A stretch of 64,000 nucleotides of DNA, taken from the NCBI GenBank assembly GCA_041650335.1, contig JBAZLK010000006.1:5788-69787 (forward strand), given 5' to 3'. The notes beneath the pieces were generated by a model. It saw nothing but the letters and a program-made list of their open reading frames with translations. It had not been told where the DNA came from and made no database searches. This DNA comes from Patescibacteria group bacterium. GTDB taxonomy: Bacteria > Patescibacteriota > Patescibacteriia > JAHIZJ01. The position numbers were made by a program, and so were the translations under genes. Below are positions 29,875-40,827 of this stretch, one piece after another; position 1 is the first letter of the stretch; each line of letters starts with the position of its first letter.

Positions 29875-30489
29875 ATGATCAAACCAACCTGGCAGGAAGA
29901 AGAAAAATTACAGAAACTCGGCCACCGACGCGTGGCCGGACTTGACGAAGCCGGCCGTGGAGCCTGGGCCGGACCGATCGTGGCCGCCGCGGTTATTTTA
30001 TTTCCCGGTACGAAACTTCCGGGTTTGCGCGATTCGAAATTATTGACGCCGAAGCAACGCGAGAAAATATTTCTCCAGCTGGTGAAAAAAGCAGTCGCCT
30101 GGAGCGTCGGTATTATCAGCCAGACCGAAATTGACAAACATGGTGTCGGTCGGGCCAACGAACAGGCGATGCATAAGGCCGTCGAACGTCTCCGAACCTA
30201 TTGCCCGGATTTTCTTCTCATTGATGCCTTGAAAATTCAGCATACCCTGCCACGAAAAGCGATCGTGAAAGGCGACCAGAAAGTCATGTCTATCGCGGCC
30301 GCGTCGATCATCGCTAAAGTGACACGTGACTATATTATGGATGAGGCACACAAGCAATACCCTAACTATGGATTTCATCTCCACAAGGGGTATGGTACGG
30401 CCCATCACCAGGCAATGCTTCGAAAGCACGGGGTGAGCAAATTGCATCGGAAGAGTTACAAACCGATAAAAAAAATTATTGCAGGATAA
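29875..30489 (+). CDS. rnhB: ribonuclease HII
   Basis: GLDEAGRG, DSKLL, KGDQK, AASIIAKVTRD, HKGYGT. Confidence 0.96.
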   Translation: MIKPTWQEEEKLQKLGHRRVAGLDEAGRGAWAGPIVAAAVILFPGTKLPGLRDSKLLTPKQREKIFLQLVKKAVAWSVGIISQTEIDKHGVGRANEQAMHKAVERLRTYCPDFLLIDALKIQHTLPRKAIVKGDQKVMSIAAASIIAKVTRDYIMDEAHKQYPNYGFHLHKGYGTAHHQAMLRKHGVSKLHRKSYKPIKKIIAG

Positions 30490-30516
30490 TCAACTTTCTG
30501 GTATAATACAGAGGCT

Positions 30517-31089
30517 ATGGCGGAACGTATTGCTGGCGGCAACGAACTTCTCGATGCCACAAAAATTATCCAAAAGGCGAGCATTTCCTACAGCATGAAG
30601 GTCGGCGATTTTGGTTGCGGCGGCACGGGAATTTTCGCCCTCCAGGCGGCGAAGGCGGTCGGGGACAAAGGCACGGTCTACGCGGTGGATATATTAAAAT
30701 CCGTACTTGCAAGCGTGGTCAGCAAGGCACACATGCAGACAATCAACAATATAAAACCGGTCTGGTCAAATCTCGAAATATATGGAGCAACAAAAATACC
30801 GAACGGCACCTGTGATCGCGGCCTGTTGATCAACATTCTCTTTGAATCAAAAAAGCAAAAAGAAATACTCCGGGAAGTAAAACGGATGATGAAACGAGAG
30901 GGCTTGCTGCTCATCGTTGACTGGAAACCGTATGGCGCGCCGTTCGGACCACTGGAAAAAGACCGAGTCTCGCCCGAAAAAGTGGAAACGATGGCGCGTG
31001 AACTCGGATTTCAACTGCTCGAATCGTTTGAAGCGGGACCGTTCCATTACGGTTTATTGTTTATTAATCCAAGCCCGGAAATAACCTAA
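30517..31089 (+). CDS. class I SAM-dependent methyltransferase
   Basis: VGDFGCGGTG, VYAVDI, LLIVDWK. Confidence 0.85.
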   Translation: MAERIAGGNELLDATKIIQKASISYSMKVGDFGCGGTGIFALQAAKAVGDKGTVYAVDILKSVLASVVSKAHMQTINNIKPVWSNLEIYGATKIPNGTCDRGLLINILFESKKQKEILREVKRMMKREGLLLIVDWKPYGAPFGPLEKDRVSPEKVETMARELGFQLLESFEAGPFHYGLLFINPSPEIT

Positions 31090-31114
31090 TAATATAGGCG
31101 AGAAAAGACGGCTT

Positions 31115-31531
31115 TTGTTGGGAGACAAAGGTTTTATTTTGTCTAATATAAAGCAAAATTTAGGTAATTGGGGTGAGAACGCCGTTAGTCGAATTTTCAC
31201 TTCTTTTGGGTATGCGACCGAATGCCGGAACTACCGTCAGTGCGACGGTGAAATTGACCTTATATGTCGCGATCGAAATGAACTTGTCTTTATTGAGGTG
31301 AAAACTAGAAAAACGCGGGCTTTTGGCAGCGGTGAGGAGTCAATTACCGAGCAAAAAGAGCTAAGATTAGCCGCAGTCGCCAGCCGCTATTTGCAGGACC
31401 GTGATTTAATGTCGTGGCCGTACCGGATTGACCTGGTTGTTCTCGAAGAATGCGCGCCCGGCTTTTTCCATTTACGGCACCATCGTGGAGCCATCGGGGA
31501 TGTGCATGAAAACGTGCTTGACGCACCCTGA
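31115..31531 (+). CDS. YraN family protein (UPF0102)
   Basis: LGNWGE, GEIDLI, LVFIEVKTR, RIDLV. Confidence 0.88.
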   Translation: MLGDKGFILSNIKQNLGNWGENAVSRIFTSFGYATECRNYRQCDGEIDLICRDRNELVFIEVKTRKTRAFGSGEESITEQKELRLAAVASRYLQDRDLMSWPYRIDLVVLEECAPGFFHLRHHRGAIGDVHENVLDAP

Positions 31532-31581
31532 GCTCACCGTGTAAGATAGGAAACTGTCTCTTTAATTTATTCACACATTCC

Positions 31582-32700
31582 ATGTACACATTTTGTCTTG
31601 TTTCTTCGCCTCGACCGACCACGCGTCGTCGCCTGACCAGAACGCTGATTATGCCACTGGTCGTTTTTATTACCCTGGCGAGTCTGGTGGTAAATCCGGC
31701 CGTAGTCTTAGCCAAAGAAGTTCCGTTGGAATTGCCCTATCCGGCGCCGACCTTGTTATCCCCAGCCAGCGGGAGCGCCACTTTGCAAACGAAACCGTTA
31801 ATCACCGGTCTGGCTAAAAACGATTCCTTGATCAAGGTCTTTATTGACGGGAAACTCAATGGTCAATTTGAAGTGGAAAACCACGCTTCGGGCACGGCAA
31901 ACTTTGCCTATACGCCGTTTTTGCATCTCAAGCCAGGTGCCCACGAGGTGTTTGCGACAGCCACCGATACAAAAGGAAAACAAAGCCCACATTCCAATAC
32001 CCTGCGCTTCATGGTCGAGTACCCCATGCCTGCCCCAACCCTTGTTGAGACAGTGACCAACACAGCGACAACTGCGAGTCGACCCTGGATCGTGGGCTTT
32101 AGTAAAAACAACACAGCGGTTCGAATATACATCGATGGTCGGGATGATGGCGAGTTCATGGTTCAAAACAGTCTGACTGGCACGGCGGACTTCGCCTACC
32201 GCACGCTCTATGATCTTAAGCCCGGTCGTCACACCGTCTATGCCGTGGCCATTGATCGAAAAGGCAAGGAGAGTCATTACTCGGACGTCATTGAATTTAC
32301 TGTCCCAAAGCCCGCGCCGGTGCAGAATTCATCGGATCAGACAAGGCCAGAGGTTAAGGGAGACGAAACTCAACCAACCGATCAGACGAACGCGAATACG
32401 AATGCAAATACTAACAGCAACGCTAACGACAACACAAACGCGACCGGTACGACCAACACGAATAGCTCAACCGGTGCAAACACCGAAGAAAACGGCAATT
32501 GGCCGGTCGTTGTCGGCTTGCTGATCCTGGCTGTCGTACTTATTATCGTGATTGACAGCCTCATCCGTAAAAGACGGAAGACGGATACCGGAACCTCAGA
32601 GACGCTGTTCGGACCAACGGCACCACCAGGCTCGGACAAGGAAAAGAATAAACCGACGACCAGCCAGCTTTTTCCGCCACCGCCACCTGACATCAAGTAG
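31582..32700 (+). CDS. surface protein with two Ig-like repeats, Asn/Thr linker and C-terminal TM
   Basis: Internal repeat PAPTL...IDG...GTAxFAY...LKPGxH...GKxS. Confidence 0.75.
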   Translation: MYTFCLVSSPRPTTRRRLTRTLIMPLVVFITLASLVVNPAVVLAKEVPLELPYPAPTLLSPASGSATLQTKPLITGLAKNDSLIKVFIDGKLNGQFEVENHASGTANFAYTPFLHLKPGAHEVFATATDTKGKQSPHSNTLRFMVEYPMPAPTLVETVTNTATTASRPWIVGFSKNNTAVRIYIDGRDDGEFMVQNSLTGTADFAYRTLYDLKPGRHTVYAVAIDRKGKESHYSDVIEFTVPKPAPVQNSSDQTRPEVKGDETQPTDQTNANTNANTNSNANDNTNATGTTNTNSSTGANTEENGNWPVVVGLLILAVVLIIVIDSLIRKRRKTDTGTSETLFGPTAPPGSDKEKNKPTTSQLFPPPPPDIK

Positions 32701-32829
32701 TTGATACCCCGGAGCCGCGCGAATGCGCGGCTTCTTCGTTTCGTCCACGGAGGCGACTTGCGAAATTATGTACGTTCTGTATAATGAAGGTAGACTAGTT
32801 CTTTAGTAACTGGTCTGTTTTTATAAGAT

Positions 32830-32925
32830 AATTCAAAATTGATAATTAAAAATTCAAAATGAATGAGTCCTGATGTAACATCGGAATAACAATAATTTTA
32901 CATTTTGAATTTTGAATTATTAATT
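32830..32925. repeat. heptamer-repeat inverted element with central palindrome
   Basis: AATTCAAAAT arms versus ATTTTGAATT arms around TCCTGATGTAACATCGGA. Confidence 0.65.
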
Positions 32926-32935
32926 GCTTTACCCC

Positions 32936-34363
32936 ATGAGTTCACCCATTCTCCAGGCCATGAAACAAATCTGCGACGAGAAAAACATCTCGATGGAATC
33001 TGTTATCGAAACGATTGAGGCGGCGCTCGCTGTTGCCTATCGAAAGGATTTTGGCGAGAAGAACCAAAATATCAAAGTCGAGTTTAACGCTGAAACCGGC
33101 GCCAGCCGAGTATTTGACGTGAAAACGGTCGTTGAGGTGACGGCCGAGCAAATTGCCGAAGAAGAGCGAGTGCGCGAGGAGCGGAAAAAGGCCAAAGCGG
33201 AAGCGGCCGAGGCGGCTGTCAAGGGTGAGGCCGAAAAACCGGTTGCGCCAGAAGAAAAAGAAGAGGTGGCTGAAGCTGAGCCGGAAACCGATGAAGAAAA
33301 AAAGCCAATCTTTGATCCAAAGACAATGATCCCGTTGTTTGAGGCGATAACAAAGGAAAAAGATGCGAAGGTCGGCGATGAGATCCGGACTGAATTATTT
33401 CCGCCGAACGCCTATGGCCGGATGGCCGCGCAAACAGCAAAACAGGTAATCATTCAGCGGCTGCGCGAAGCTGAGCGTGAGACGGTCTTTACGAAGTACA
33501 AGGATCGCGAGGGTCAGGTCATCAACGGCACGATCCAGCGGGTCGAAGGGCGAGTTGTGTTTGTCGATCTGGGCGATGCGGCCGCTATTATGCCGCCGTC
33601 AGAGCGCGTCGATACCGAAAATTACCAGCCGGGCATGCGCGTGAAATTTTACCTGGTCAGCATCAATCAAGCGCCGAAAGGGCCAGAAATTATTGTGTCG
33701 AGATCGCATCCTGAGTTAGTCAAAAAATTGTTTGAATTCGAAGTACCGGAAATTGCTTCAGGTGCCGTTGAGATCAAGTCGGTCGCGCGTGAAGCCGGCT
33801 CGCGGACAAAAGTCGCAGTTCTGTCGAAAGAGCCGAATATTGATCCGGTCGGTTCTTGCGTTGGTCAGCGCGGTACCCGCGTTCAAACCGTAATTTCTGA
33901 ATTAGGGGGCGAAAAAATAGACATTGTCGAATATGAAGACGATCCGGTAAAATTCATCATCAACGCCTTAGCGCCGGCGAAAATTCTCAGCGTCAAAATC
34001 AATGAACCGGAAAAAACAGCCTTGGCCGAAGTGAAGGAAGACCAATTATCGCTGGCGATCGGCCGCGGCGGTCAAAATGTCCGTTTAGCTGCCCGCCTCA
34101 CCGGTTGGAAGATTGATATCATCAAGGAAGGTGAAACGGGCCAAGCGGCGAAAGAGAAGCCGGCGGAAAAGGAGCCGGCGAAAGAAGAGTCGGCTGAAAA
34201 AGTAACAAGCGAGCCAGTTGAAGCGGTCACCGCCGAAACAGTCGTGCCGCCAGTTGAAGAAAAACCCGTTGACGAACCAACGGCCAAAAAAACAAAACGA
34301 AAAAAAAGCGAGTCGACCGAAGAATCCACTGATTCAGCGGACGCCGCCACAAATAACGAATAA
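32936..34363 (+). CDS. nusA: transcription termination/antitermination factor NusA
   Basis: GRMAAQTAKQVI, REAGSRTKVAV, GSCVGQRG, LAIGRGGQNVRLA. Confidence 0.97.
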   Translation: MSSPILQAMKQICDEKNISMESVIETIEAALAVAYRKDFGEKNQNIKVEFNAETGASRVFDVKTVVEVTAEQIAEEERVREERKKAKAEAAEAAVKGEAEKPVAPEEKEEVAEAEPETDEEKKPIFDPKTMIPLFEAITKEKDAKVGDEIRTELFPPNAYGRMAAQTAKQVIIQRLREAERETVFTKYKDREGQVINGTIQRVEGRVVFVDLGDAAAIMPPSERVDTENYQPGMRVKFYLVSINQAPKGPEIIVSRSHPELVKKLFEFEVPEIASGAVEIKSVAREAGSRTKVAVLSKEPNIDPVGSCVGQRGTRVQTVISELGGEKIDIVEYEDDPVKFIINALAPAKILSVKINEPEKTALAEVKEDQLSLAIGRGGQNVRLAARLTGWKIDIIKEGETGQAAKEKPAEKEPAKEESAEKVTSEPVEAVTAETVVPPVEEKPVDEPTAKKTKRKKSESTEESTDSADAATNNE

Positions 34364-34383
34364 ATTTTTAACGACGTTTTCTT

Positions 34384-36381
34384 ATGTCTAGCGCACTTCT
34401 TTTTGCCTTATTGGCCAGCGCGGTCGCGATCGTGTATGGCTACATCCTTATCCGATTAGTCCTCCGGCTGCCAGAAGGCGATGACCGGATGAAAAAAATC
34501 GCCCGGGCGATCCAACGCGGAGCGAGCGCCTACCTTTCTCGCCAGTACCGGACGGTGGCGATTATCGCCGTGATCATCTTCGCGTTGCTCTGGGCGTTCC
34601 TCAATTTTAAAACAGCCATCGGCTTCGTCGTCGGCGCGGTTTTTTCGGCGGCCGCCGGATTTATCGGCATGAACATCTCCGTCCGGGCGAATGTCCGCAC
34701 GACCGAACAGGCGAAGAAAGGTTTACGTGAGGCGCTCGCGGTAGCGTTCCGCGGCGGTTCAGTCACCGGCTTGCTCGTGGTTGGCTTGGCGTTGCTTGGG
34801 GTGGCCGGTTTTTACGCCCTGACGCATGATTTCAAGGCGCTGGTCGGCCTCGGTTTTGGCGGCAGTTTGATTTCCGTTTTTGCCCGGCTGGGTGGCGGTA
34901 TCTATACAAAGGCGGCTGATGTTGGCGCCGACCTGGTTGGTAAGATCGAAGCCGGTATTCCTGAGGACGATCCGCGCAATCCGGCGGTCATCGCCGATAA
35001 TGTCGGCGATAACGTTGGCGACTGTGCCGGCATGGCGGCGGATTTATTTGAAACCTATGCCGTGACGGTCGTTGCCACAATGTTGTTAAGCTCGCTGCTT
35101 TTTGTCGGGTTTGAAAACGGCGTTCTCTATCCGCTCGTGATCGGCGGAGTATCTATTATCGCGTCGATCATCGGTACGCTGTTTGTCCGGTTAGGGAAGA
35201 AGAGCACGAATATCATGGGTGCGCTCTACCGCGGTTTAATCGTCAGCGGGGTGTTAGCGGCCGCGGCTTTTTATCCGATCACGCGCTGGCTGATGAAAGA
35301 TTTAACCGAATACTCAACGTTAAAAATATACGGCGCGTCACTCGTCGGCCTGGTTGTCACCGCGGCGCTCGTTCTCATCACGGAGTATTACACCGCGACG
35401 AAATATCCGCCGGTCCGAGGCATTGCCAAATCATCAGAGACCGGTCATGGCACGAATATTATCAGCGGATTGGCGCTGTCACTGAAATCCACCGCCCTGC
35501 CGGTACTCGTCATCGTAGCCGGTATCCTCGTTGCCCATGGGCTGGCTGGGGTGTATGGGATCGCCCTCGCGGCCGTATCCATGCTCTCGCTGACCGGTAT
35601 TATTGTCGCGATCGACGCCTACGGTCCGATTACCGACAATGCCGGCGGCATTGCTGAGATGGCCGAGCTGCCGAAAGAAGTTCGAAACGTAACTGATCCG
35701 CTCGATGCTGTCGGAAACACGACCAAGGCTGTCACCAAGGGGTATGCGATCGGCTCAGCCGGACTCGCCGCGCTCGTTCTCTTTTCCTCGTATATCCAAG
35801 AACTGGAACACTCCGACAAAGTCTTCACTTTTATTCTCTCTGATCCGAAGGTGATTGTCGGATTGTTTATCGGCGGTCTCTTACCGTATATTTTCGGCGC
35901 TCTATCCATGGAAGCGGTTGGTCGAGCGGCCGGTGGAGTCGTCAAAGAAGTGCGGCGACAGTTTAAAGAAATTGCCGGGCTGATGGAAGGAAAGGCCGAA
36001 GCCGATTACAGCCAAGCCGTCGATATCGTGACTCGAGCAGCGATCAAAGAAATGATCATCCCGGCGCTTATCCCGGTTGTTGTGCCGATCGCGGTTGGCT
36101 TTCTGCTTGGTCCGGTTGCGCTCGGCGGTTTGCTCGTCGGGAGCATTATCACCGGTTTGTTCGTCGCGATTTCGATGACGACTGGCGGTGCCGCCTGGGA
36201 TAATGCAAAAAAATATATTGAAGAAGGCCATCATGGTGGCAAAGGCTCGCTGGCGCATCAAGCCGCCGTGACCGGTGATACGGTCGGCGATCCGTACAAA
36301 GATACGGCTGGCCCCGCTATTAATCCAATGATTAAAATCCTCAATATTGTCGCACTCCTGATTGTCAGTTTACTGATCTAG
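34384..36381 (+). CDS. hppA: membrane H+-translocating pyrophosphatase, K+-independent type
   Basis: [34 protein letters not shown]; GNTTKA (Lys at K+-determining site). Confidence 0.93.
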   Translation: MSSALLFALLASAVAIVYGYILIRLVLRLPEGDDRMKKIARAIQRGASAYLSRQYRTVAIIAVIIFALLWAFLNFKTAIGFVVGAVFSAAAGFIGMNISVRANVRTTEQAKKGLREALAVAFRGGSVTGLLVVGLALLGVAGFYALTHDFKALVGLGFGGSLISVFARLGGGIYTKAADVGADLVGKIEAGIPEDDPRNPAVIADNVGDNVGDCAGMAADLFETYAVTVVATMLLSSLLFVGFENGVLYPLVIGGVSIIASIIGTLFVRLGKKSTNIMGALYRGLIVSGVLAAAAFYPITRWLMKDLTEYSTLKIYGASLVGLVVTAALVLITEYYTATKYPPVRGIAKSSETGHGTNIISGLALSLKSTALPVLVIVAGILVAHGLAGVYGIALAAVSMLSLTGIIVAIDAYGPITDNAGGIAEMAELPKEVRNVTDPLDAVGNTTKAVTKGYAIGSAGLAALVLFSSYIQELEHSDKVFTFILSDPKVIVGLFIGGLLPYIFGALSMEAVGRAAGGVVKEVRRQFKEIAGLMEGKAEADYSQAVDIVTRAAIKEMIIPALIPVVVPIAVGFLLGPVALGGLLVGSIITGLFVAISMTTGGAAWDNAKKYIEEGHHGGKGSLAHQAAVTGDTVGDPYKDTAGPAINPMIKILNIVALLIVSLLI

Positions 36382-36383
36382 CA

Positions 36384-37040
36384 ATGGTATATTGGCTCGT
36401 CTCATGGCTGATCATGCCGTTCCTGCGCCGGCGCGTCCGGCGCGTGCTCGGCCGGGAACATATCCCCGAAAACGAACCGCTGGTCATTGTAGCAAATCAC
36501 AACAGCTGGATTGATCCGGCGCTTATTATCAGCACGCTCTACCCAGTGGTGAAGCGGAAAATCTGGTTTATTGCCGCCTCGAAAAAATATCGGGCCCTGG
36601 GCGGCCTACCGATTGATTGGGCGAATAAAGGACGGGTAATTGATGATGCAACTGCCATCCTTCAAGAAGGTGGTGTAATCGGTATCTTCCCGGAAGGAAA
36701 CGCCAACGGGACCGGCGAACTGCATCACGGACGAACGGGCGCGGCTCGGCTAGCCCTTCGCACAGGCGCCGCCGTCCTACCGATCGGCGTCCGAAATACG
36801 ACCGGCACGAATCCGCTCGCCGCCATGTATACGGCGTGTACGGCCAAAAGCATTGCTCTTGAAATCGGTTCGCCACTGCTGTATCCAAAAACACTACCGG
36901 AAGAGATAACCTACGCACGGCTGCAAGACGTGACGGCAGATATCCTCAACCATTTAGCCATATTGTCAGGTAAACACAACAACCATGGCCTATCCAATCC
37001 TTCGTCAGACTCTCTTTCCCCTGATTCGCCGACGCTTTGA
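36384..37040 (+). CDS. PlsC-like lysophospholipid acyltransferase 1
   Basis: ANHNSWID, IFPEG. Confidence 0.88.
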   Translation: MVYWLVSWLIMPFLRRRVRRVLGREHIPENEPLVIVANHNSWIDPALIISTLYPVVKRKIWFIAASKKYRALGGLPIDWANKGRVIDDATAILQEGGVIGIFPEGNANGTGELHHGRTGAARLALRTGAAVLPIGVRNTTGTNPLAAMYTACTAKSIALEIGSPLLYPKTLPEEITYARLQDVTADILNHLAILSGKHNNHGLSNPSSDSLSPDSPTL

Positions 37041-37620
37041 AGTAAAAGGCGAAGAGAATATTCCGGCGCAGGGACCCTATCTGATTGCCGCCAACCACGC
37101 GAGCTATCTTGATGGGATTATGTTGGGCGTAACACTGGCCCTGGTCAGAAATCAGCGTGCCTATTATCTTGCTCACGACAAGTATGCAAAAATGTTCACG
37201 CGGTATCTCTCGGAACGTTGGTTGGGCATGATTCCGGTACCGCTCCATGACAAGGCGAGAGTATTGGATCGGGCCAAGGTAAAGCTCCGGGCCGGAAAAA
37301 TCATCGTAATATTTCCTGAAGGCACCCGAAATCCGCAGCCCAACCAGCTCCTCCGCGGGAAAACGGGATTAGCGAGATTAGCCTTAGCGACCGGTCTGCC
37401 GGTATTGCCAGTCGGCGTCATTGCTCCGCCGACGGTCACGTTCGGTGAAGCCTTCCGCGTCTATGCGGACAGCACCTTGACGCTTGGCCTCATTTTCGGA
37501 CAGCCGATCCGGTTTCCTGATCAAGCGCCGGAGACATTCACCCACGAACAACTTGATCAAGTAACCCGCCAGATAATGACAACCGTCGGCGTTTTGTGCC
37601 ATAAAGTCTATCAATACTAA
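36985..37620 (+). CDS. PlsC-like lysophospholipid acyltransferase 2
   Basis: ANHASYLD, IFPEGTR. Confidence 0.9.
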   Translation: MAYPILRQTLFPLIRRRFEVKGEENIPAQGPYLIAANHASYLDGIMLGVTLALVRNQRAYYLAHDKYAKMFTRYLSERWLGMIPVPLHDKARVLDRAKVKLRAGKIIVIFPEGTRNPQPNQLLRGKTGLARLALATGLPVLPVGVIAPPTVTFGEAFRVYADSTLTLGLIFGQPIRFPDQAPETFTHEQLDQVTRQIMTTVGVLCHKVYQY

Positions 37621-37621
37621 T

Positions 37622-38239
37622 ATGGCGCCATACGCCACCCTTCGATTTTTCCTGATTCACTGGGTGAAGCGTCACCTGGCCAATATCGAAGGACTCGAAC
37701 ACGTGCCGACTGACCAGCCGTTTATCGTGGCCGCGAACCACATTGATTTTCTTGATCCCATCTACTTCCTTTTTCAGCTGACGGAAAAGACCGGGCGCGG
37801 CGTAACGATAATTTCAAAGACAAAAAACTATTACTGGCTCCGCTCGCTGACGCTGGCCATTGATCCGGTCGAGCGGCCGAAGGTACTTGAGCGAGCGCGC
37901 CAATATCTTCAGCAAGGGCGGATTATTTGCATCTTTCCGGAAGGCGAGCGCAATCCGACAGGCACGTTACTGCAGGGCAAAACCGGCGTCGCTCGGCTGG
38001 CGCTTTTTACGCGTATGCCGGTTGTGCCGCTGGGACTTCGAGGCCCGGCCGGCCGATCTTTCCTGGATTCGGTAAAATTGCTATTGTATAACCGCCAGCC
38101 GGTAACGGTCCGAATCGGCCGGCCAATGATGTTTCCCGAGTCATATGATCGGGAAATTACAGCTCAGCTTCTCACCGAGGTGACGAAAAAAGTCATGGTT
38201 GAAATCGGAAAACTTTCTGATAAGACATATAATTTTTAA
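37622..38239 (+). CDS. PlsC-like lysophospholipid acyltransferase 3
   Basis: ANHIDFLD, IFPEGER. Confidence 0.9.
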   Translation: MAPYATLRFFLIHWVKRHLANIEGLEHVPTDQPFIVAANHIDFLDPIYFLFQLTEKTGRGVTIISKTKNYYWLRSLTLAIDPVERPKVLERARQYLQQGRIICIFPEGERNPTGTLLQGKTGVARLALFTRMPVVPLGLRGPAGRSFLDSVKLLLYNRQPVTVRIGRPMMFPESYDREITAQLLTEVTKKVMVEIGKLSDKTYNF

Positions 38240-38252
38240 ATACCCACCGCCC

Positions 38253-39707
38253 ATGCCATACAATTGGGCCAAGCTATCCCACCTTTCTCGCGAACAGATC
38301 GAAGCGCTGCAAAATAAAAGGCTACGGCATTTTTTTAAACACCTGGCGCCCTACAGCCCGTATTATCGCGACCTTCTGCAGAAAAACAAGCTGTCGTTTG
38401 ACGAATTTCGGACCACCACCGATTTGTTGAAGCTTCCCTTTACGTCAAAAGCCGATCTGGCACCGACCGAAACGGACCCGGCTAAGCCGCGCCAGTTTAT
38501 TCTCCAGCCAGACGAGCACATGATTAAAAAATACGCTCCGAAAAGCCAGCTCATAAAAATGGTTTGGGGCAAGCTTATTCGACAAGACGTTAAACGCGAG
38601 TTGGAACGCGAATTTAAGCCGATCCATATGCACTTCACGACCGGCCGCACCGCCCTGCCGACGCCTTTTACGTATTCCGAATACGATATTAATCAGATGC
38701 GCGAAAGCAGCGTTCGGATGCTCGACGTCATTCAGGTCGATCGGGGCCAGGTTGGAATAAACGGCTTCCCTTACTCGCCGCATCTGGCGTTTTGGTTGGC
38801 CTACAACGCGCTCACCACGCTCGGCCTGACCAGTTTGCAGACTGGCGGTGGCAAGGTTATGGGCACGCAGAAGATCATTGACGCCATCGAACGGCTGAAG
38901 GGCGGCCTGTTGCTCTTCATCCCGGGGTACGCTTACCACATGCTGCGGGAAGCAGTCCGGCAGAAACGCGATTTTTCTTCTGTTAAATATGTCGTTTTCG
39001 GCGGCGAGCGGGTCAGCCAGGGCCTGCGAGACAAAACACGCGAATTATTGACCGAACTTGGTGCGCACGATCCGAAGATATTCGCCACCTATGCAATGAC
39101 CGAAGGAAAGACCGCCTGGATCCAGTGCGCCGAGGATTCCGGTTACCACCTCTATCCGGACATGGAATATTTTGAAGTCATCGACAAGGATGGTAACCGG
39201 GTGAAGGACGGCGAGCCGGGCGAGCTGGTCTACACGGCGCTCGATTGGCGTGGCTCGGTAGTCCTGCGCTACCGGACCGGCGACATGTGCCCGGGCATCG
39301 ACTATGCGCCTTGCCCGCATTGCGGCCGAACCGTGCCGAGAATCAAGCCGGATATCCAGCGAAATTGCGATGTCAAGGAATTTCATCTCACGAAAATCAA
39401 AGGCGAGCTCGTCAACCTGAACACCTTCTATCCCTTACTCTCCGGGATAAAGGAAATCGAAGAGTGGCAAGTGACGATTCAAAAAAAGAATAACGACCCG
39501 TATGAGGTAGACGAAATCGTCGTTGAAGTAGCCTTAAAAGCGGGCGTGAATTTTGAGCAATACAAGCCGCTATTACACAAGGTAATTTATAGCGAGGTCG
39601 GCGTCGGTACGACGATACGTACGTGCGATATGTCCGTTCTGCTCCAGAAAATCGGGATGGAGACAGAGTTGAAGGATAAGCGGATAATCGACGCCCGGCC
39701 GAAATAG
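38253..39707 (+). CDS. phenylacetate-CoA ligase-like adenylate-forming enzyme
   Basis: LPFTSKADL, HFTTGRTALP, TYAMTEG, GELVYT, RYRTGD. Confidence 0.8.
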   Translation: MPYNWAKLSHLSREQIEALQNKRLRHFFKHLAPYSPYYRDLLQKNKLSFDEFRTTTDLLKLPFTSKADLAPTETDPAKPRQFILQPDEHMIKKYAPKSQLIKMVWGKLIRQDVKRELEREFKPIHMHFTTGRTALPTPFTYSEYDINQMRESSVRMLDVIQVDRGQVGINGFPYSPHLAFWLAYNALTTLGLTSLQTGGGKVMGTQKIIDAIERLKGGLLLFIPGYAYHMLREAVRQKRDFSSVKYVVFGGERVSQGLRDKTRELLTELGAHDPKIFATYAMTEGKTAWIQCAEDSGYHLYPDMEYFEVIDKDGNRVKDGEPGELVYTALDWRGSVVLRYRTGDMCPGIDYAPCPHCGRTVPRIKPDIQRNCDVKEFHLTKIKGELVNLNTFYPLLSGIKEIEEWQVTIQKKNNDPYEVDEIVVEVALKAGVNFEQYKPLLHKVIYSEVGVGTTIRTCDMSVLLQKIGMETELKDKRIIDARPK

Positions 39708-39865
39708 ATTTTTTGCAACGACTACATAAACAAGCGGTGCTCTGGCCGCTTGTTTTGTTCTTGATAACATTAATCAAGCAATGACCACGTCTTATCTGGT
39801 CGTCTGACGCACGGGTATCAGTGGCTAGGCGTTTTTAATAAACGCTCATTCATACAATATCATGC

Positions 39866-39894
39866 TTGACTTTTGTCAATAAAAAGGCTACAGT
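39866..39894 (+). promoter_or_regulatory. promoter TTGACT-N17-TACAGT overlapped by TTGAC-N4-GTCAA palindrome
   Basis: Near-consensus hexamers upstream of DUF47-PiT. Confidence 0.5.
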
Positions 39895-40032
39895 CGTAGG
39901 CTCTTTATAAAAAAAGAGGGAAGCCCCGTGTTCGTACGCAGTACGATGTGCGACTACGGGGCTTCCCTCGTTCATGATCGAGGGAAAGGAAATGTGGTCA
40001 CGGATGAAACGAACAGTCAAAGGGGGTTGACG

Positions 40033-40827
40033 ATGCGCAAACCGTCCTGGCTATCGGGGCTGAGCTTGCTGCCGATGCGCGACGAGGAGTTTTACCGGCT
40101 CTTCGGACAAATGACCAGCCTGCTCGTATCGGCCAGTGACTTGGTCGTGGAACTGCTGAACGCGGGCGATCGCGATCGCGCTCACCGGTTGGCCGAACGC
40201 CTGAAGCAGTATGAAACGGACTGTGACAGCATAGTTCGGCAAACCGTCACCCGTCTCGAAGTCGCGGCCCAGCCGCCATTCGAGCGCGAAGACATCACCA
40301 CGCTCATCAAAACGTTGGATGACGTGATTGATTGGATGGAACGATTTGCGAACCGTTATGTCACCTATTACGACTCCATCGACGCACGCGGGATCGAACA
40401 GCTCCGAGAACTGGCCGCGGTCGTTCAAGGGTCGTGCAAGACCCTTCACGAAGCCGTGGCGTGCCTGCAAAAGCGCCGCGGCGAGGTGGACGGATATTGC
40501 GTGAAGATCCACGACCTGGAGTCACAGGCGGATGACATCCACCATCACGCCATCGAAGTGGGCAACAACGGTGTACTGCAATTACTGGGAGAGGTTGAGC
40601 CGAGGATCGATGAATTGGTTCGTCGGATCGACGGTACGAACGGCCCGGTTGACACGACCGAGCTGACGCAGCGCAACACGCGCGCTATTTCAGACGTGCT
40701 GAGGGTTCAGCGCGACATGTTCCAGTTTTCGAACCTCAGGGTGTTGCTCGAAGCGCTGGAGCGCGCCAGTGACGCGAGCGATCGGGTAGCCACCGCCATG
40801 AAGAAGATGGTGGTGAACAATGTCTGA
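40033..40827 (+). CDS. DUF47/PhoU-like phosphate transport regulator
   Basis: PFEREDI, LDDVID, ESQADDI, LERASDASD; coupled to PiT. Confidence 0.85.
   Translation: MRKPSWLSGLSLLPMRDEEFYRLFGQMTSLLVSASDLVVELLNAGDRDRAHRLAERLKQYETDCDSIVRQTVTRLEVAAQPPFEREDITTLIKTLDDVIDWMERFANRYVTYYDSIDARGIEQLRELAAVVQGSCKTLHEAVACLQKRRGEVDGYCVKIHDLESQADDIHHHAIEVGNNGVLQLLGEVEPRIDELVRRIDGTNGPVDTTELTQRNTRAISDVLRVQRDMFQFSNLRVLLEALERASDASDRVATAMKKMVVNNV

Noticed and set aside
32380-32490. AAC/ACA-rich repeat
   Set aside because: Encodes the Asn/Thr low-complexity linker of the Ig-like surface protein
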